From a virus (taxonomy: Duplodnaviria; Caudoviricetes): 40,828 bases of DNA. Every line of letters begins with the position of its first letter. The first letter of the stretch is position 1. Below, one piece after another: positions 36,383-40,828 of this stretch. Below the pieces are notes generated by a model that was given only the letters and a program-made list of their open reading frames with translations, did no database searches and was not told where the DNA came from. Both the position numbers and the translations under genes were made by a program. The stretch lies in IMG/VR virus record IMGVR_UViG_3300025168_000199, positions 1 to 40,828 of that record. The stretch is one strand, 5' to 3'.

Positions 36383-36618
36383 ACACTGAACTGGCTATTT
36401 CTCTCGTGACGGTTGCGTTTCTCGTTGGCATGCTGATCTCGTTCGTGTGTGCGTGCAAGTACATGGAGCGTGTGTACGACGCCTGCGACCGAGTTCGACG
36501 CGAGTTCTCGAAGAGCATTGCGGAGGATCGGTACTACGTTGAGAAACTCCGCATGGAGACGAATCGCAGATACGAAGAGCATCGGAGGTCGGAGGCGAAA
36601 AAGGATTCGCAAGCATGA
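36379..36618 (+). CDS. Single-TM membrane protein (79 aa)
   Basis: AAGGAGGT RBS, GTG start, N-terminal hydrophobic helix. Confidence 0.7.
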   Translation: MNTELAISLVTVAFLVGMLISFVCACKYMERVYDACDRVRREFSKSIAEDRYYVEKLRMETNRRYEEHRRSEAKKDSQA

Positions 36619-36701
36619 TCGCTATCACAATTCTCACATCGCTCGCCATCATATTCATGCTTGCTTGGATGGTCGCGAGCGTCAGGGAGTCTCAGAGATG
36701 A
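36615..36701 (+). CDS. Tiny hydrophobic peptide (28 aa, MIAITILTSLAIIFMLAWMVASVRESQR); not in the ORF track
   Basis: ATGA overlaps at both ends; AAGGA RBS. Confidence 0.55.
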   Translation: MIAITILTSLAIIFMLAWMVASVRESQR

Positions 36702-37228
36702 GTTACCAGATCAAGCAGTTTGACCTGCACATCGAGTGCGACACGATCGCATTTTCAGCACGGCCTCAGGGTGAGGTCGCAAAGATACTCAGAGAGTTGG
36801 CTCAACGACTCGACGAGATGAATGAGTTGAGGGACGGCTCGCAGTTCGTCCTTCAGGACACGCACAACTGTAAGGTCGGTTGTGCAACGTGGGATGACTT
36901 TTCAACGGAGGCAACGGATGTCACAAACAGAGACATTGACAGGAGAGGTGAGGGGGATGCCAGCACAGGCGTACCACGACTCACTCGGGGTTTCATCGAC
37001 AGCGCTCAGGAGCGTTCTGAAGTGCGACCAATTGGCGAGGCATCGGGAGATGTACCCGCTGAACACGAAGGCGTTGACGTTCGGCGAGGCCGTACACACG
37101 GCGGTGCTGGAGCCAGCCACGTACCGGCGACGCTACGGATTGATGACCGAAAGTGGAAACACCAAAGCAGGCCGCGAGCAGAAGGCTGGGTTCCTCAGAC
37201 TCAACAAGGAAGTTCTCAGCAAGGGTGA
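36698..37228 (+). CDS. Small conserved phage protein (F.L.I.....AF....EVAKILRELA...L.D....VG) with an extension overlapping the exonuclease gene
   Basis: ATG coupled to the upstream stop. The first ~65 aa look like a real domain, and there is no stop until 37228. Confidence 0.6.
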   Translation: MSYQIKQFDLHIECDTIAFSARPQGEVAKILRELAQRLDEMNELRDGSQFVLQDTHNCKVGCATWDDFSTEATDVTNRDIDRRGEGDASTGVPRLTRGFIDSAQERSEVRPIGEASGDVPAEHEGVDVRRGRTHGGAGASHVPATLRIDDRKWKHQSRPRAEGWVPQTQQGSSQQG

Positions 37229-37769
37229 CGCAGAGGCGTGCGGTGGTATCGCGATCAGCGTCAGGCAGCACCCGGCGGCAGGTCGGCTGCTTGACACGAA
37301 GCAGTATTTCGCGCGAGTCGAGAGTAGTTTCTACGGAAAGCACGAGCCTACAGGATTGGTCACGAGGTGCAGGTGCGACCTGATCGTTACCGGCGGCGAC
37401 AACGATCGCATCGTTGACCTGAAGACAACCGAGGACGCGAGCGAGGAGTCGTTCATGCGATCGGTCGTCAAGTACGGTTACCACATTCAGGCTGCGTACT
37501 ATCGCGGTATCGTGGAGCAGTTACTTGGGGTCCGGCTGCCGTTCTACTTCGTCGCGGTAGAGAAGAAGGCTCCGTATCTCGTGCAGGTATTTGAACTGGA
37601 CGAGGAGGCAATGAGGATTGGATTTGACGAGGCGCAGTACGCCCTGAAGTTGTACGACGATTATCGAGGCAAGCCCGCTGGCCCGATGCACAACGGATAC
37701 AGCGCGGCAATCAACAAACTCTCGCTGCCACTCTGGTACGGCGGGAATAAGGAGGCAACAGATGTCTGA
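36918..37769 (+). CDS. Exonuclease VIII/RecE-like PD-(D/E)xK nuclease (DUF3799-like)
   Basis: YH...SST.L, FGEAVHTAVLEP, RCRCD, IVDLKTT, YGYHIQAAYY, FVAVEK. Confidence 0.9.
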   Translation: MSQTETLTGEVRGMPAQAYHDSLGVSSTALRSVLKCDQLARHREMYPLNTKALTFGEAVHTAVLEPATYRRRYGLMTESGNTKAGREQKAGFLRLNKEVLSKGDAEACGGIAISVRQHPAAGRLLDTKQYFARVESSFYGKHEPTGLVTRCRCDLIVTGGDNDRIVDLKTTEDASEESFMRSVVKYGYHIQAAYYRGIVEQLLGVRLPFYFVAVEKKAPYLVQVFELDEEAMRIGFDEAQYALKLYDDYRGKPAGPMHNGYSAAINKLSLPLWYGGNKEATDV

Positions 37770-38508
37770 ACTAGTAGTGCATGGAACAAATGAAATGTCA
37801 GTGCGGGACGTGTCGGAGATATTCGCGAAGTCGGGAATGTTCGACTCGGCACAGTCCGCAGTGCAGGTGGCAGCGAAGTTGATCGTCGGTCGAGGTCTTG
37901 GAATGAACGACTACGACTCGATGCAGTTCAACATCATCAAGGGTAAGGTCAACCTGAACGCGAACATGATGGCCGCTGCCGTCAAGCGAAGTGGCAAGTA
38001 CAACTACAAGGTGATCGCACACGACGAGAACCAGTGCGTGATCGAGTTCTTCGAGAACTGGGGCGAAGGCTGGCAGGCGATGGGGACCGAGTCGTTCACG
38101 ATGGAGGACGCGACGCGGGCCGGACTTGGCGGCATGAACTGGAAGAAGTACCCTCGCCCGATGTTGTTCGCTCGTGCGATCAGTGCGGGGTACAGGAAGT
38201 TCTGCCCAGACGCGTTCGGGATGGCAGCGATCTACGTTGAGGAGCGTGGCGAAACCGAGATCCCAAGCAGCGAGCCGATCGCCGATGCCGAGGTGGTGGA
38301 GACCTCAATCGAGTCCCAGTACGAGGACAACTACGATCGACTGAAGCAGATGTGCGCTGACTACGAGTCACGAACCGGGAAGAATGTTTCCACTGGAATG
38401 TGCGGATACTTTGGCGTCGAGTGTATCGACGACATGAAGGCCGACTCTGTGCCTGCCGCGATCGACATGATGAATACCAAACTGAAAGGAATTGATTCAG
38501 ATGCCTGA
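37762..38508 (+). CDS. Single-strand annealing recombinase (RecT/Beta-like)
   Basis: Follows the exonuclease. IIKGK..L.A..M, FT.EDA.RAGL, WKKYPRPMLFARAIS. Confidence 0.8.
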   Translation: MSELVVHGTNEMSVRDVSEIFAKSGMFDSAQSAVQVAAKLIVGRGLGMNDYDSMQFNIIKGKVNLNANMMAAAVKRSGKYNYKVIAHDENQCVIEFFENWGEGWQAMGTESFTMEDATRAGLGGMNWKKYPRPMLFARAISAGYRKFCPDAFGMAAIYVEERGETEIPSSEPIADAEVVETSIESQYEDNYDRLKQMCADYESRTGKNVSTGMCGYFGVECIDDMKADSVPAAIDMMNTKLKGIDSDA

Positions 38509-38779
38509 AGAGAAAACAAGCATAGGACTGTGGAAAAACGAGAGCCAGAACGCGAAGGCTCCACAGATGACAGGCCAGTTGACGTGTCCCTGTTGTGACA
38601 AGGAGTTGAGGGTTGCCGTGTGGACGCAGGAAGTACAGGAGGGAAAGCCACTGCTCTCGGGGCAAGTCGAGCCAAAGGTCAAGCCTGAGTCCTCGTCTTC
38701 TTCTGGTGGTGGTTCTCTTGACGATGTTATGAACGCGGTCACGCCAGACGCGATTACACCGGAAAACATTCCGTTTTAG
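38501..38779 (+). CDS. Small SSB-like (OB-fold) protein
   Basis: LWKN....P..TG...VAVW...LSG pattern, flexible linker and C-terminal IPF. Confidence 0.7.
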   Translation: MPEEKTSIGLWKNESQNAKAPQMTGQLTCPCCDKELRVAVWTQEVQEGKPLLSGQVEPKVKPESSSSSGGGSLDDVMNAVTPDAITPENIPF

Positions 38780-38789
38780 GAGGTGATGA

Positions 38790-38972
38790 ATGTCAGCGAT
38801 GCTAGATATCTACAAAGTCTCTGAACGCTACGGAGTCAACAAGGACACGATCCGACGTTGGATCAAGTCTGGTGATTTCCCTAAGCCGATCAGGGTTGGA
38901 AAGAAACTTCTCCGTTGGGACGTGGTCGATCTCGCCGCGTACGACCGTGATCGGAAAGGCGATCAGTCATGA
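38790..38972 (+). CDS. AlpA/excisionase-family HTH regulator
   Basis: VSERYGVNKDTIRRWIKSGDFPKPIRVG...RW. AGGAGGT RBS. Confidence 0.88.
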   Translation: MSAMLDIYKVSERYGVNKDTIRRWIKSGDFPKPIRVGKKLLRWDVVDLAAYDRDRKGDQS

Positions 38973-39769
38973 TCAGGATCATCGGATTCGATGACTATCT
39001 CGCGCCCGACGTGAAGCGGGGGAGAGTGAAGCACCCACGGTGGTTTCGCCAGAAGTGCCAACTCTCCCCAGAGGCGCAGTTGCTCCTGATGGCCGAGGGC
39101 GGCCCTGCCATGTTTGGCATCTGGTGCTTGCTTCAGGCGTGGGCGATGCGTCACCCCAAGCGGGGAGGCGTCTTCGCTTGCCTGACCGGCGAGCCGCTGA
39201 CCTACGCGGAGATTGCTGCGATGATCGGTGTCCCCGGCAACGAGCATCTGGTGCGAGCGACCATAAGCCGAGTCTCGAAGATAGGTTGGATGGCAGTGGA
39301 CGAAGTCCAGACATCCTCCATCGAAACTCCCGACAAACTCCCGACAAACTCCTGTCTAGAGGAGAGGAGAGGAAGAGGAGATGAGAGAGAGAGTATTTCT
39401 CCTCGTGAGTTTGATCTCTCTGAGATCCGCGAGGAAAACGCAGAGCCGCTGGACGGTAAGAAAATAGCGGAGGAGATGGTCGATTTGATGCGTCAGTGGA
39501 AGGGTTCCTCTGTGGGCCTCCTAGAAGCCCGTCTAATCGATTCCGTAGTCAAAGAGGCTACTGAGTCACCTGTGGGGGAGAACTGCCCACAGAGGACGTG
39601 TACGGCCCTCCTACGGCACGCTGTCGGCTCTGGAGTAAACTTCCAAGCATCGGGGTCTGCTGACGTGTACCTGAAGACCCTTCTGAAGCAGTGGAGAACC
39701 GATGGAAAAATTCCAGATAAAATCCCGACAAAGTCTAGAGATATCTGGGATCACACCGTGTCTTACTGA
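38969..39769 (+). CDS. Replication initiator (lambda O / replisome-organiser-like)
   Basis: N-terminal WF...G.W..L...G.L...G.PLT...IA wHTH, internal iterons and an AG-rich tract, DnaC-like gene downstream. Confidence 0.75.
   Translation: MIRIIGFDDYLAPDVKRGRVKHPRWFRQKCQLSPEAQLLLMAEGGPAMFGIWCLLQAWAMRHPKRGGVFACLTGEPLTYAEIAAMIGVPGNEHLVRATISRVSKIGWMAVDEVQTSSIETPDKLPTNSCLEERRGRGDERESISPREFDLSEIREENAEPLDGKKIAEEMVDLMRQWKGSSVGLLEARLIDSVVKEATESPVGENCPQRTCTALLRHAVGSGVNFQASGSADVYLKTLLKQWRTDGKIPDKIPTKSRDIWDHTVSY
39302..39393 (+). repeat. Putative replication origin: 11-bp iterons plus a purine tract
   Basis: GAAGTCCAGAC, ATCCTCCATCG, AAACTCCCGAC x2, AAACTCCTGTC, then AGAGGAGAGGAGAGGAAGAGGAGATGAGAGAGAGAG. 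Confidence 0.7.
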
Positions 39770-39792
39770 CAACCAAATTGAATGGAGGCAAC

Positions 39793-40308
39793 ATGAACTA
39801 CCAAACTGAGTCTTGGATGGCGTGGAGAGATCACCTTCCGAAACAGAACCGGAATCTTCGCCGTGTGATCGATAGTCTTCTTAGATCCGGAAGTGGGATG
39901 ACCTGCGATGAAATCGAGGTCGAGACAACCATGTCTCATCAGTCCTGCTCCGCGACTATCACGCACGCCTGCCGTCGTGGCCTGCTCATCAAGAGCGGGC
40001 TGCGACGGCCAACCCGAACGGGATCACTCGCAATGGTCCACGTTCTCGCTGCAACACCAGAGGAGGCAACCGATGTCAGCAAACCTGAACCAGATGGGAC
40101 TGTGGAGACGATCCGATGTCCCGAAGCGTCACGCACTGAAAGTAAAACCAATAACGCTCGACAGTCTGAGCAAGGACTGGAGCATCCTGCACGATCGACT
40201 CCTCACCCAGATTCGGAAGCGGGGAGCGTTGCTGATTTTCACCGGCGGCAGGGGCTGCGGAAAAACTCAGATGGCAGTCAGCCTGATAGCCCATCGCTGT
40301 TTGGATGA
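39793..40308 (+). CDS. Winged-HTH protein with an extension overlapping the loader gene
   Basis: GMTCDEIE....HQSCSA...GL...SG.RR.TR.G pattern; GGAGGCAACATG start. Confidence 0.7.
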   Translation: MNYQTESWMAWRDHLPKQNRNLRRVIDSLLRSGSGMTCDEIEVETTMSHQSCSATITHACRRGLLIKSGLRRPTRTGSLAMVHVLAATPEEATDVSKPEPDGTVETIRCPEASRTESKTNNARQSEQGLEHPARSTPHPDSEAGSVADFHRRQGLRKNSDGSQPDSPSLFG

Positions 40309-40687
40309 GGTCGTCTGCAAGTACACGACCGCAGCGGACATGTACAGGAAGCTCCGTTCATCGTTCGATGATGACAGCGAGGTCAGGCTAGACAAGCAGA
40401 TGAACCTGCTCTGCGGTCGCGGTCGATTGGAGCCGTTGGACCTTCTCGTCATCGACGAGGTTCACGAGCGGAAAGCCTCCGAGTGGGAGCAGCACCGACT
40501 GACCGAGATCATCGACGCGAGGTACAACCGCGACCTGACGACGATACTCATCACGAACGAGAAGCCAGAGGAAGCGGTTGATACCCTCGGCCCCTCCATC
40601 GTTGACCGCGCGAGGGAGACGGGATCGTTCGTTCCGTTTCGGTGGGGATCGTTCCGACCGTTGATCAGGGAACAGGAAGAAGTATGA
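40073..40687 (+). CDS. DnaC/IstB-like AAA+ helicase loader
   Basis: Walker A GGRGCGKT, Walker B LLVIDEV, IIDARY...TILITN...DR. Confidence 0.9.
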   Translation: MSANLNQMGLWRRSDVPKRHALKVKPITLDSLSKDWSILHDRLLTQIRKRGALLIFTGGRGCGKTQMAVSLIAHRCLDEVVCKYTTAADMYRKLRSSFDDDSEVRLDKQMNLLCGRGRLEPLDLLVIDEVHERKASEWEQHRLTEIIDARYNRDLTTILITNEKPEEAVDTLGPSIVDRARETGSFVPFRWGSFRPLIREQEEV

Positions 40688-40828
40688 AAAGGTGCGTGCT
40701 TGTTTTTCACACCAGTGGTTCTATGCACAAGCTCAACCCAGAAAATCGAGTTCTTGGCTTGTTGGCTTTTTGAGTGCATAAGGGCGGTTTACAAATACTC
40801 GTATTGCGGCTCACGGGGTTGAAAACCC
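40680..40828 (+). repeat. Terminal direct repeat, right copy
   Basis: Matches 1-149 with one mismatch. Confidence 0.95.

Larger units (their letters stand above)
1..40828. mobile_element. Complete tailed (podovirus-like) bacteriophage genome, circular assembly of about 40,679 bp
   Basis: 149-bp terminal overlap. Ordered TerS-TerL-portal-scaffold-capsid-adaptor-nozzle-ejection genes plus a recombination/replication module. No host housekeeping genes, no tape measure or sheath recognised. Confidence 0.93.

Noticed and set aside
40680-40828. 149-bp terminal repeat as a biological DTR or attachment site
   Set aside because: The length is about one sequencing read, it cuts through the end of the DnaC-like gene, and it has a single mismatch. 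An assembly overlap of a circularly permuted genome is the simpler explanation. Read-end pile-ups would be needed to claim real termini.

Overview
The window looks like one complete, circularly assembled tailed-phage genome of about 40.68 kb. Bases 1-149 repeat at 40680-40828 with one mismatch. The gene layout is podovirus-like. (i) A leftward early operon (3384->484) holds small unknown ORFs, five of them fronted by a near-identical 19-bp start-associated repeat. (ii) A long rightward late region carries a resolvase-like nuclease, membrane proteins, small basic proteins, TerS/TerL, portal, scaffold, major capsid, decoration proteins, adaptor, a nozzle with a large insertion, putative ejection proteins, a 3288-aa polyvalent protein and a metallophosphoesterase. 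(iii) A rightward early operon (35897->473 across the junction) carries an exonuclease, recombinase, SSB-like protein, lambda-O-like initiator with iterons, DnaC-like loader and two Xis/AlpA-type HTH proteins. I recognised no integrase, DNA polymerase, tRNA, CRISPR array, reverse transcriptase or endolysin. The most notable signals are: six copies of a (V/I)QFAA(R/K/A) linker that sit at effector-domain boundaries in the giant protein; a cassette-like early-gene array with an exact 334-bp period; a shared 10-bp-periodic operator array at both early promoters; and a second conserved junction motif that creates long gene overlaps. All family assignments come from motif recognition by eye, not from database searches.
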